From the NCBI GenBank assembly GCA_000438195.1, contig FR903078.1:73845-137844 (forward strand): DNA of 64,000 nt, written 5' to 3'. The stretch is from Mycoplasma sp. CAG:776. GTDB taxonomy: Bacteria > Bacillota_I > Bacilli_A > RF39 > UBA660. Shown here piece after piece: positions 35,364-45,348 of the stretch (positions are counted from its first letter, which is position 1; every line of letters starts with the position of its first letter). Both the position numbers and the translations under genes were made by a program. The notes beneath the pieces are model-generated. The model was not told the DNA's origin. It did not search any database and worked only from the letters and a program-made list of their open reading frames with translations.

Positions 35364-36797
35364 ATGGAAAATAAAATTGTAAAAAGAATAAAAAATGAGT
35401 TTCAAAATACACCCGATTTGGTTACTAAAAATATTCGATTATCTTTACTTGATACGGTTACTGTTTTATATTTAGAAACCGTTAGTTCTAGTGATAAGGT
35501 TAATGATTATATTTTAAAAAATTTAAGTAGCTTTAGCAGTTTTAAAAATACCAAGGCAGTAGATATTGCTAGCATTCTTCCAAGTCCTAATACAAAAGAG
35601 ATTAAAAACATTGATGAAGTAGAATACTTTATTACAAATGGATTTACGATTATTGTTCATAAAAATACTATTTTAGCAGTTGAAACAAGAGCAGATATTA
35701 ACCGGGGAATTCCAACTCCTGCTACAGAAGCTGCTCCTAATGGGCCAAAAGACGCTTTTACTGAAAATTATCAAATTAACCTTGGACTAATCAAAAAAAG
35801 ATTAAAGTCCAGCAAACTTAAAACAGATGAATTTACGATTGGTAGAAAAACTTTAACTAAAGTGGGGCTTTTATATTTTCAGGACATTACGGATGAAGAC
35901 ACTATACGTTTAGTAACAGAAAAACTAAATAAAATTGATATTGATGGTGTTTTAGATTCGAGTAGTATTGGGCAATTAATTACCGAGGAAGATAAAACAC
36001 ATTTTCCAACTTATCAAGTAACCGAACGTCCTGATTTTGTGGCACGGGCTTTATTAGAAGGAAAGATTGTTTTGGTTGTAGATACTACTCCTTTTGCGAT
36101 TATTCTTCCAGCTTTCTTTATTGACTTTATCAATCCAGGTATGGATAATTATCATAAAAGTAAAAATATTAATTTTCTAAAAATTGTACGTTTTGCTTGC
36201 TTTTTTCTATCTATGACTGTTCCAGCTATTTATATTGCTTTAGTTAATTATAATCAAGAAACTATTCCTACTAACTTACTTGTTAGTTTTAGTATTCAAA
36301 GAGATGGGGTTCCCTTCCCCTCTATCGTTGAAGTTTTGATTATGCTTTTTGTTTGTGAAATGCTTAGAGAAAGTGATCTTCGATTCCCTAATACTTATGG
36401 TAGTGCTATTTCTATTTTAGGAGCTTTAGTCTTAGGAGATGCAGCTGTATCCGCAGGAATTGTATCCCCTATTACCATTATTATTATTGCTCTTACCTTT
36501 ATGGCTAGTTTGATTTTTACCGAAATTGAAGTATCAAATGCCTTACGAAATTTACGTTTTATCTTTTTATTTGCCGCAGCTTTTTATGGTATTTTAGGTC
36601 TTGTCTTTGCGACATTTTATTTCCTTATTCGTATCAATAAAATGCATTCTTTTGGTAAACCCTATTTTTATCCTCTTGTGCCTTTTGATAAAACTTACTT
36701 TTTTAAAACAGCTCTTAAAGCACCTCTTAGGAAAGATAAACATCGTAGTTCAATCCTTTCACAAAAAAATCAAACAAAACAAGGAGGAAATATATGA
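35364..36797 (+). CDS. Spore germination protein, GerA/GerK A-subunit family
   Basis: About 477 aa from ATG 35364; typical motifs (GFTIIV..., RGIPTPATEAAPNGPKDAFTEN, C-terminal TM cluster). Confidence 0.88.
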   Translation: MENKIVKRIKNEFQNTPDLVTKNIRLSLLDTVTVLYLETVSSSDKVNDYILKNLSSFSSFKNTKAVDIASILPSPNTKEIKNIDEVEYFITNGFTIIVHKNTILAVETRADINRGIPTPATEAAPNGPKDAFTENYQINLGLIKKRLKSSKLKTDEFTIGRKTLTKVGLLYFQDITDEDTIRLVTEKLNKIDIDGVLDSSSIGQLITEEDKTHFPTYQVTERPDFVARALLEGKIVLVVDTTPFAIILPAFFIDFINPGMDNYHKSKNINFLKIVRFACFFLSMTVPAIYIALVNYNQETIPTNLLVSFSIQRDGVPFPSIVEVLIMLFVCEMLRESDLRFPNTYGSAISILGALVLGDAAVSAGIVSPITIIIIALTFMASLIFTEIEVSNALRNLRFIFLFAAAFYGILGLVFATFYFLIRINKMHSFGKPYFYPLVPFDKTYFFKTALKAPLRKDKHRSSILSQKNQTKQGGNI

Positions 36798-37870
36798 AAA
36801 AATTAATTTTAATTTTTATTTTGCCTATCTTACTTAGTGGGTGCTATGATTATAATCAACTAGATGACTTAGCAATTATTTCGGGAATTGGAATTGACTA
36901 TGAAGATCAAGAATATCAAGTTACTTTTGAAATTATCAGTACTAAAAAGGAAGGAGAAACATCAGCTTCTAGTAGTACATATACTGTGACTTCTAAAGGT
37001 GATAATCTCGTTTATGCCTTTACTAAAGCAGCAAACCAAATGGATAAGGTTCCCTATTTTGAACATGTGGAAGTAATTGTATTTAGTAAAGATGTGGCAC
37101 TTCATCATTTAGAAGAATGTGTTGATTATTTGATTCGTAGTGAACGACTTCGAAATGAATTTTATGCCGTTATTGCAGAGGATTCAGCAAAAGACTTGAT
37201 TAGTGCCTCCTCTCGTGAACATCCTATTGTCAGCTCCTTTCTAGTACAATTATTAGAATATAATTTAGAAACTTATAACTCGGCTTATTATATTCAATTT
37301 ACAAAGACTTTAAATAGCATTTTAAGTGAGGGGCAGGATGCGATGCTTCCTATCTTTAAAGTAGATGATAAGAAAATTGCATTAGATGGTTTAGGGGTTT
37401 TTAAAGATTATGAACTCGTTATGACTTTTAATAATGAAGAAGCAAATATTATTAATATGTTAAATAATTTTAATGTAGAATCCATTCACTTTAAAACAAC
37501 TTGTGGTAATGACCAAGACGTTGTGATTGCTGATTATAAAAGTGATTTTAAAATCGAACCAGGAAAAGATCAACTTCTAGTTAAGGGAACGATCAATGCT
37601 AGAATTAGCGAAAATAATTGTGAGTATAATTTAAAAGATCCTGATACTTATATTGAACTTGAAAAAGAATTTACAAAAGTAATTGAAAAAGAAATTGATC
37701 AAGTTTTAAAAAAATTGCAAGCTTCCCAATCAAATGCTTTAAATATCGGAAGAAGTTATTATAGTAAATATCGGGTAAAAGATTTTCTTAAATGGACTAA
37801 GCAAGATATTTCGTATGATATTGATTTAAAAATTAATAAAAAGGGATTAACTTTTGAGGTGAAATCATGA
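36794..37870 (+). CDS. Spore germination lipoprotein, Ger(x)C family
   Basis: 358 aa; lipobox LLSGC followed by YDYNQLDDLAIISGIGIDY, typical of GerAC/GerKC. Confidence 0.88.
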   Translation: MKKLILIFILPILLSGCYDYNQLDDLAIISGIGIDYEDQEYQVTFEIISTKKEGETSASSSTYTVTSKGDNLVYAFTKAANQMDKVPYFEHVEVIVFSKDVALHHLEECVDYLIRSERLRNEFYAVIAEDSAKDLISASSREHPIVSSFLVQLLEYNLETYNSAYYIQFTKTLNSILSEGQDAMLPIFKVDDKKIALDGLGVFKDYELVMTFNNEEANIINMLNNFNVESIHFKTTCGNDQDVVIADYKSDFKIEPGKDQLLVKGTINARISENNCEYNLKDPDTYIELEKEFTKVIEKEIDQVLKKLQASQSNALNIGRSYYSKYRVKDFLKWTKQDISYDIDLKINKKGLTFEVKS

Positions 37871-38892
37871 AAAAAGAAAATGCTACAATCTTATTTTTTC
37901 TAACTAGAAGTCTATTTTTTGGACTAGGAATTTCTTTAATTTGTAAATATACAAATAAAGATACTTATATTGGAGCTATTATTGGGATGTTTTTAGGTTT
38001 ACTAATCATTTTGGGATATCGTCATATTATTCGAAGTAAAAAAGATAAATCGTTATCGCAAATTTTAAGTGAAAATAAAATTATAGGGATTGTTACCCGA
38101 ATCATTATTCTTCTTGGAAGCGTATGTTTACTGCTTTATACTTTGCTCATCTATGAAATTTTTGTTTCTAGTTTTCTTCTTCCTACTACCCCTGTATTTA
38201 TGATTTTAATTCCTTGGATTTTGCTTTCTATTTATTGTGCTTGGGGTGGACTTACACTAATTCATCGGGTTGCTTCTTCCCTATTTCCTATAGGATTAAT
38301 TTTATCTATTCTCTCTATCGTTAGTATTGTAGGAAATTTTGATACTTATAATTTTTTACCTATTTTAACTGCTAAACCAACAAGTTTATTTTTAACTATT
38401 ATTTCCTTTGCTGGTATTAGTTCTTTTCCAGGTATATTAACTCTTCATTTTCCTAGTACGGTTAAGAACTATGCTAAATATTATTTATTGTCAACATTTT
38501 TAGTTGTTTTAGCGATTTTTTGTATTAATGGTGTTTTTGGTGAAGTTTTAGTTAATGTCTTTCGTTTCCCTGAATACATGGTTTTAAAGCAAGTTATTCT
38601 ACTTGATTTTATTGAAAAAGTAGAAAATATTTTATCTATTGCTTGGGCTTTTGATCTATTTATTACCGCTACTTTTAGTATTTATTCCATTAAAACTTTA
38701 GTTCCTCAAAAGCATTCTTCTGGTATTACTATTGGTATTATTGCAATTATTGCTATTTTAATTGATCGTTTATTTGATTTTAACTATATTAATGAATTAT
38801 TTATATATTATGCCCTTCCGTTTGTTTCTTTGGGATTTTCTATCATTACAATTTTATTATTTCTTTTTATATTACGAAAAAAGAAAACTTAA
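37867..38892 (+). CDS. Spore germination permease, GerAB/GerKB family
   Basis: 341 aa; about 10 TM helices; third gene of an overlapping A-C-B operon. Confidence 0.8.
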   Translation: MKKENATILFFLTRSLFFGLGISLICKYTNKDTYIGAIIGMFLGLLIILGYRHIIRSKKDKSLSQILSENKIIGIVTRIIILLGSVCLLLYTLLIYEIFVSSFLLPTTPVFMILIPWILLSIYCAWGGLTLIHRVASSLFPIGLILSILSIVSIVGNFDTYNFLPILTAKPTSLFLTIISFAGISSFPGILTLHFPSTVKNYAKYYLLSTFLVVLAIFCINGVFGEVLVNVFRFPEYMVLKQVILLDFIEKVENILSIAWAFDLFITATFSIYSIKTLVPQKHSSGITIGIIAIIAILIDRLFDFNYINELFIYYALPFVSLGFSIITILLFLFILRKKKT

Positions 38893-38935
38893 TTTAGATC
38901 AAAGTATGTTATAATGTTATTAGTAGGTGTAGTTT

Positions 38936-40139
38936 ATGAAAAAGCAGTAGTATCACTTGTTATTCTATTAGGATTAGGAATAATGAGTGGTATTTTTTTC
39001 TTGCAATTCCACGCTTCAAAAAAGAAAAGTATAGAACACCCAAAAGATACTCCTGTATATCAAGAACAAGAAAATATTCAAAAGCAAAATTAACATTAGT
39101 TGGAGATTTGCTTTTTGAAACAGCTTATTATAAGGCGATTAATCATGAGGAAGATAAAAATTTTTATTTTCATGCTGTTAGAGATTACTTTTTAGAAGAT
39201 GATTTATCTATTGGAAATATGGAAGTAGTAATTGGTAATGATGCTTTAGAAGTAAATGGCGGAGATAACTATAGTTTTTGTGCTCCTTCTTGGGTTGGTG
39301 ATTTAGTAGCAAGTCTCGATTTTGAAGTATTATCGACTGCTAATAATCATGCTTTTGATGAGGGAATTGAGGGTATTTATTCTACGATTGATTATTTTAA
39401 AAATCATTCTGATATTTTAACCGTTGGTACTTTTAAAACACCCGAAGAAACAGAAAAATTACATATTTTAAACATTAATGGAATAAAATTTGGTTTTCTA
39501 GCTTATACGATGGGGACAAATAAAAAAATAGATTTACCTCATGAATATATGGTAAGCTTATATAAAAATAGTGCTTCTCCAGAAGTAACGGATAGTGATA
39601 AAGAAAGAATGCAAAACCAAATTGAAGTATTAAAAAAAGAAGTAGATGTTACTATTCTACTTATGCATTGGGGTCAAGAATACACTTTTATGCCTAATCA
39701 AACGCAAAAAGATTTGGCTCATTTTTTTAATTCTTTAGGGGTTGATATTATTGTCGGAAATCACTCTCATAACATCCAACCTATTGAATGGATTGGAGAT
39801 AAACACAAAACTTTAGTTTATTATTCTTTAGGAAACTTTGTTAGTGCTGATGGAGATATTCCTAGAACCAATAATACTTTTAATAATGCTTATCAAATGG
39901 GTTTATTATCTCAATTAAATATTACTAAAAAAAATAATGAAATCACTATCTCTGATATCACAACTGAGCTTATTATTAATTATTATGATAAAGATTTACG
40001 TAACTTTAAGTTAATTCCTTATCATTTATATACTCCAAATTATGAAACGAGTCATTATCGGTATCAACAGGGATTTGATAGAAAATTTATTCTTGATACT
40101 TATCATCAAGTAATTCCAAAAGAATTTCAAAGTTATTAA
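38936..40139 (+). pseudogene. CapA/PGA-synthesis-family metallophosphatase-like protein; N-terminal signal anchor separated by two frameshifts
   Basis: The main ORF is 39108-40139 (LFETAYY...NNHAFDEG...GNHSHNIQPIEW...). Upstream, MKK (38936) / VVSLVILLGLGIMSGIFFLQFHASKKK...QKQN* / KAKLTLVGDLLFE lie in three consecutive frames. The breaks are at A-runs near 38939-38943 and 39080-39083. Confidence 0.65.
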
Positions 40140-40720
40140 TCATCTACAATATAATAAACATCTTTAAATAAATATTTATCTTTTTTATTTAAAGCATATA
40201 AAAATACCTCTATATTTAAATCTTTTAAACTATTTATCATATGAGTTGTTGCAACATCATAAAGAATTCCTATAAAATCATAATGATACTCTGAAGTACT
40301 ATTTAAAATATAGTTTAATACTCCAACTTTAAAGGTTGGATTTTTAAATTTTTTTATTACACTATTAAAAAAGGACATAACATAAAGTTTTTTGTTTTGA
40401 TATTTATTTAACAACTTTGTAAATTTTTCTATATCTAAATGAATATCTTTAATTTCTATTAAAATAATTTTATCCGTATTTAATTTTAAAACATCATTTA
40501 ATTTTATAATTCCCTTTTTTCTTAATTCTTTATAATTATAATTCCAAATAAATTTACCATTTATTAAAGGGTCATGATGAACTACAAAAATTCCATCTTT
40601 ACTTGTATATACATCTAATTCAAAACCAGTATATTTTTTGCTTTTTATCGCTCCTAAAAAAGCTTGCAAAGTGTTTTCTTTTATTCCTTCTTTTACTAAT
40701 CCTCGATGAGCAATTAACAT
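40136..40720 (-). CDS. Glycerophosphodiester phosphodiesterase family protein (short)
   Basis: 194 aa; N-terminal IAHRG...ENTLQAF...GFELDVYTSKDGIFVVHHD matches the GDPD catalytic motifs. Confidence 0.8.
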   Translation of the reverse strand: MLIAHRGLVKEGIKENTLQAFLGAIKSKKYTGFELDVYTSKDGIFVVHHDPLINGKFIWNYNYKELRKKGIIKLNDVLKLNTDKIILIEIKDIHLDIEKFTKLLNKYQNKKLYVMSFFNSVIKKFKNPTFKVGVLNYILNSTSEYHYDFIGILYDVATTHMINSLKDLNIEVFLYALNKKDKYLFKDVYYIVDD

Positions 40721-40765
40721 TTAAAACCACCACTAAAATATATTAGCGATGGCTTTTTATTATGT

Positions 40766-42058
40766 TTAAGTTTCCTCCACTTGATAAGGATTAGATATTG
40801 TTCCAGTCCCTGTTAATGAAACATTTCCTTTTAAATTGATGACTGGTTTTATATAACACGTATCACTTGTTATCCAACCATACATATAATCAATATACCC
40901 CCCACTTCCAACATGATACATATAAGGCCTTATACCATTAAAAGAATCTACCCTATGTGGCGATATCGTCCAATAATTATATCCAGTAAATAAATAATAG
41001 AGAGAATTACTTCCTTTTGAACCTGCAAACATTACTTCATCTATGGTAATTAGTCCAATTAACACGTTATATATATCCTTTTTGTTATTACATTTAAATG
41101 TAGGAGTATTATTATTCATTCTTGTTGTTGCTGCATAGTAAAAGGCACTTGAATTAGACCACAATGTACCATCTGTTTCTCTATCATTACAAAATCCAGT
41201 ATCTGAAATATAATCGTTAAAATTACTTAAATTTTCTTTATACCAATCATCTAGAGTTGTTTTTATTGTGGCAGAAATTTCTGAATTAGAAGATGTCGGT
41301 CTTTGAATATTTGGCTCATAGGTAAATCCAACATAATAGCTCCCGTTTCCAACATAGTTATATTGGCTCTTCATTAGTACTCTATCAATAGAATTATCAC
41401 CATTAGTATGAGCAGTTGTTCCATCATAAATAAGTCGTAATGTTCCATCTCCATTCACTCGAATAATTCGCCAATAGTATCCAGCAAAATAAACATAATT
41501 ATTATTTACATCCCCTCTATAATAATATGTTTTTCCATAATCATCTTCATTTTTGTATAGTCCAACAGTATTTTCTCCACATCCACTACTACAACTTGTT
41601 TGTGAAAAATCTGGAATGTCTTTTTCCACCTCTGTAAGTCTTAATATGTATTCTTGAGCAAGAAAATTATTTATTTTATCAAAATATAAATAACATTTTG
41701 TTCCAGATGTAGTTAAATTATCTATTCTGATTTTTCCGTCTATATATTCTAAATTAATATCGCTAATTTTGGTTTCTTCTATTTCACAATAGCTCATTCT
41801 TTGATTTAAATCATAGCCTTCACTAGGTACAGTTTTTATATTTTCATATTCTCCATTTTCATTTGCTTGATACATGGCTACCATTTTTAGATCATAAGGT
41901 GTATATTCGATCGTTCCATTTACTAACGGTATCGACTCAGTAGTTCGATACTTTGCTCTCGTAAAATTTAGTACTACTGTACTAATTACACCTATCACTA
42001 GTATTCCTATTAAAACATTTCTTTTTAGATGACTTCTTTTTAATACTTCAAATTTCAT
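40766..42058 (-). CDS. Membrane-anchored/secreted protein of unknown function
   Basis: 430 aa; N-terminal TM (VLIGILVIGVISTVVL), Tyr/Asn/Gly-rich beta-type ectodomain. The C-terminal YWTISP...IKPVINLK motif is reminiscent of surface-protein repeat domains. Confidence 0.6.
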   Translation of the reverse strand: MKFEVLKRSHLKRNVLIGILVIGVISTVVLNFTRAKYRTTESIPLVNGTIEYTPYDLKMVAMYQANENGEYENIKTVPSEGYDLNQRMSYCEIEETKISDINLEYIDGKIRIDNLTTSGTKCYLYFDKINNFLAQEYILRLTEVEKDIPDFSQTSCSSGCGENTVGLYKNEDDYGKTYYYRGDVNNNYVYFAGYYWRIIRVNGDGTLRLIYDGTTAHTNGDNSIDRVLMKSQYNYVGNGSYYVGFTYEPNIQRPTSSNSEISATIKTTLDDWYKENLSNFNDYISDTGFCNDRETDGTLWSNSSAFYYAATTRMNNNTPTFKCNNKKDIYNVLIGLITIDEVMFAGSKGSNSLYYLFTGYNYWTISPHRVDSFNGIRPYMYHVGSGGYIDYMYGWITSDTCYIKPVINLKGNVSLTGTGTISNPYQVEET

Positions 42059-42237
42059 AGTTATTCTCCTTTATGAAGCTATACTTCATTTTTTAATTTA
42101 TGTAAGCTATGACAAGTTTCCTAGCTTATAGATAAATTATAATTTGAGCTAGTTTAAAAGTCAAGAAAAAGTTTTTTATTTTGCACACTTAGTTAAATTT
42201 AATTAGGATAAATGAGAAAATTTGTTTGGTGATAAGT

Positions 42238-42693
42238 ATGGAATATAAACTTAATTTAAAAAAAATTCGTGAGATTAATAGCATGAGCCAAAAAGATTTT
42301 GCGGACATTCTTGGAATTGACAGAACAGTTTATAATAAATATGAGAATGAATATGAATTAATTCCTATTAAACATTTGATCTCTCTTTCTAATTTTTTTA
42401 ACTTTTCTCTTGATTATGTTCTCGGGATTAAAGATTTAAATGATAATAACTTAAAATATAATAGAGAAACAGATTTAAAAATGATAGGTGCAAGAATACA
42501 AACGTGGCGTAAAAGTAATAAATTAACGCAAGAAAAATTAGCCAAAGAATTAAATACCAATAAATCAGTTATTTGTAATTATGAGAAAGGAAGGAATTTG
42601 ATTGCTACTCCTTTCCTTTATCAAATTTGTAAAAAATATCATGTTTCTGCTGATTATCTTTTAGGAAGAATAGATAAAGACCCTCACAAATGA
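42238..42693 (+). CDS. Tandem (double) XRE-type HTH transcriptional regulator
   Basis: Two HTH_3 repeats (MSQKDFADILGIDRTVYNKYE...SLDYVLG; LTQEKLAKELNTNKSVICNYE...SADYLLG). Paralog of 28242-28691 and 49750-50196. Confidence 0.8.
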   Translation: MEYKLNLKKIREINSMSQKDFADILGIDRTVYNKYENEYELIPIKHLISLSNFFNFSLDYVLGIKDLNDNNLKYNRETDLKMIGARIQTWRKSNKLTQEKLAKELNTNKSVICNYEKGRNLIATPFLYQICKKYHVSADYLLGRIDKDPHK

Positions 42694-42729
42694 GAGTCTT
42701 TTAATTTTTTTATTTCTTACTATTTGATA

Positions 42730-43860
42730 TTATATATCTAACTTTATAACAATATCACTATCAGGAAAAGCTACACATGGATGAATATAGTCATTTAGAG
42801 ATTCTGCTTTTTTTAGAGCAGCTCCAATCATTTTTACTTTTCCTTCTAATAGAATACTACGGCAATAGCCACATTCTCCTACTCGACATAGAGATGGAGC
42901 TTTAATTCCCGCTCTTTCCATAGCAACCAATAAGGTTTCATCATTTCGACAAGATATTTTTTCTACCTTATCTTTCATTATTACTTTTAAATCATATGAC
43001 TTTTTTTCTTCCGGTTCATATTCTACAGAAAAATTTTCATAATGAACTGATTTTCTAGGGATATTAAATTCGTTTAAAACTTCATTCATTCCTCGATATA
43101 ATTCTTTAGGTCCACACATTAGAACTGTATTGAATTCTTTTATATAAGGTTCTAATGTTTCTTTAGATAAACGTTCATGTAAGTATCCATCTTTCTTTTC
43201 TCTAGTCAATGTTAAAATAAATTTTACTTTTTTTGATTTTTTACTAATTTCTTCTATTTCTTTTTTAAAAATAATATCATCATATGTTTTTACACTATAA
43301 AATATAGTTAAATTACAATCATATATTCCTTCTATAATTGCATGGGCTAAAGACATAAATGGTGTTATTCCGCTTCCACCTGCAATAGCAATTACATTTT
43401 CTTCATCTCTTATAGGATTAAAACCAAAATCACCAGCAGGATTACTAACATCTAGATGATCTCCCACTTTTATCTCATCTAGCATATAATTGCTTACTAA
43501 CCCACCTTCTACTCTTTTTATAGTAATTTTATAAATATCCTTATTTGCCAAGCTTGGGCTAGAACTTATGGAATAAGCTCTGGTAACAGAAGATGAATTT
43601 ATGGTTACATGAATTGTAATATACTGTCCAGCTTTAAAAGGCGCTAAGTGTGGAGTGGAAGAATTTTTATTGGCTGTTAAAGTAAAGGTTTTTACATCTG
43701 GTGCTTCTTCCACAATATCTGTTACAATTACATGATAAATATCAGAAAATTTTGACACTTCCTTATCAATATAAGTATCTTCAATTGTTTTTTTACTAGA
43801 ACTTTTAATAATATCTTTTCTTTCCTTTTTTATTTTTTCTATCTTTTCTATGGGTTCCAT
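42730..43860 (-). CDS. FNR-type flavin reductase fused to a C-terminal 2Fe-2S ferredoxin domain
   Basis: 376 aa; FAD motif RAYSISS, NAD(P) motif GGSGITP, C-terminal CRVGECGYCRS...C cluster ligands. Confidence 0.8.
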   Translation of the reverse strand: MEPIEKIEKIKKERKDIIKSSSKKTIEDTYIDKEVSKFSDIYHVIVTDIVEEAPDVKTFTLTANKNSSTPHLAPFKAGQYITIHVTINSSSVTRAYSISSSPSLANKDIYKITIKRVEGGLVSNYMLDEIKVGDHLDVSNPAGDFGFNPIRDEENVIAIAGGSGITPFMSLAHAIIEGIYDCNLTIFYSVKTYDDIIFKKEIEEISKKSKKVKFILTLTREKKDGYLHERLSKETLEPYIKEFNTVLMCGPKELYRGMNEVLNEFNIPRKSVHYENFSVEYEPEEKKSYDLKVIMKDKVEKISCRNDETLLVAMERAGIKAPSLCRVGECGYCRSILLEGKVKMIGAALKKAESLNDYIHPCVAFPDSDIVIKLDI

Positions 43861-45348
43861 TTAAATCTCCTTTCTTTCTTCTTCTAATAATTTTTCTGTT
43901 ATATAATATCCACTATAAAAGGCATTGTCTACTCCACTACCAAAAAGAGAACTGCCACCAACAAAACTCAAATTTGGATCTTTTTCTTCTTCATAAGATA
44001 AAAGGCGATGAATACTATTATCATATCCTAAGCGCATTGCTCCAAATATACACCCGTTTATATTATTAGTAAAGCGCTCAAATGTAAAAGGAGTTGCAAT
44101 CTCAATTTCTTCAATATATTCTTTTATATCTATACCAAAAGTAGATTCAAATTCTTCTATTAACTCATTTGCTAATATTTCTTTTATTTGATAATAGTTG
44201 CTTTTATTTACACTATTCCATACATCACCATAATATAGAGTTTTTAAAACTAGTATCGTAGTATTCTTTGGACTAGCAGATTCATTTACAATATTAGGAA
44301 CTATTGCTTCTATTGTATGATGAGAAAACTTCTTCATATTTTTGATGTTTATTTCACTGTTTAAATTATCAAATTCATAATAGCGATAATTATATAGTTT
44401 TAAATCTTGATATGATTTATTTAAACCTAAATAAACCACTAAACCATTCATTGATAATGTTCGAGCATTTTCTTTTTTTATAGCAAAATCATTAGTTTCT
44501 TTTACTAAATTTTTATATACATAGCGTTCTGATAAGTTACAGATAACTTTTTTAGCATAATATTTTGTGCCATCTTCTAAAACAACTTCTTTTTTATTTT
44601 CTTTATCTATTATTTCTTTTACACAAGAACGATAATATATCTTTCCTCCTAATTCTTCATATCTTTTTACCATTTGTAGTACAAAATCAATATTTTTATT
44701 TTTTAGAGCTACTGGTCTTTTAAATATATATTTATACATATATTCTGCAAAATCGATGAAATTTAATTTATTTAAAGGGCTTCCTATCTCTATCCAATTA
44801 TATCCTAATATATGTATAGTATCATTAGGTAGGTTTAAATCTACTAATGCTTCATAAACATTTTTATCTAAATACTTTATAAAATTAGGAAAATCCTTTT
44901 CAACGTTATCTCTTCCTTTTTTTATAGCACCTAATGCCTCATGAATTTCTTTTAATACTGGTAATAAACTTCTAAAAGTGCTTATTGAGCCACTATGTAA
45001 TTCTTCTAATTGCAGTACCCAATCATCAATTTCTCCCTTAATATTTTCTTCAAAGTTATTTTCTCTACTTTTTATTTTGATATTATAAGGAATGGGTAAA
45101 GTTTCTATTTCTACACCATACTTTTTCAATATTCGTTGTAATGAGCCAATATGTTCTTCATTACCATAGTCCATTAAGTCATATAATGACACATCAAATT
45201 CAAATCTTCCTCTTTTAAAAGTTGTTACATATCCTCCCGGTAAACTATTTTTCTCTAATATTAAAACCTTTTTATTATTTGACACTAAATTTAGACCAGC
45301 ACTAAGCCCTCCTATTCCTGCACCTACAATAATGTAATCATAATTCAT
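43861..45348 (-). CDS. FAD-dependent oxidoreductase, phytoene-desaturase (CrtI)-like family
   Basis: Dinucleotide fold DYIIVGAGIGGLSAGLNL...LILEKNSLPGG. Start chosen at MNYDY (45348); the track start is 45378. Confidence 0.75.
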   Translation of the reverse strand: MNYDYIIVGAGIGGLSAGLNLVSNNKKVLILEKNSLPGGYVTTFKRGRFEFDVSLYDLMDYGNEEHIGSLQRILKKYGVEIETLPIPYNIKIKSRENNFEENIKGEIDDWVLQLEELHSGSISTFRSLLPVLKEIHEALGAIKKGRDNVEKDFPNFIKYLDKNVYEALVDLNLPNDTIHILGYNWIEIGSPLNKLNFIDFAEYMYKYIFKRPVALKNKNIDFVLQMVKRYEELGGKIYYRSCVKEIIDKENKKEVVLEDGTKYYAKKVICNLSERYVYKNLVKETNDFAIKKENARTLSMNGLVVYLGLNKSYQDLKLYNYRYYEFDNLNSEINIKNMKKFSHHTIEAIVPNIVNESASPKNTTILVLKTLYYGDVWNSVNKSNYYQIKEILANELIEEFESTFGIDIKEYIEEIEIATPFTFERFTNNINGCIFGAMRLGYDNSIHRLLSYEEEKDPNLSFVGGSSLFGSGVDNAFYSGYYITEKLLEEERKEI

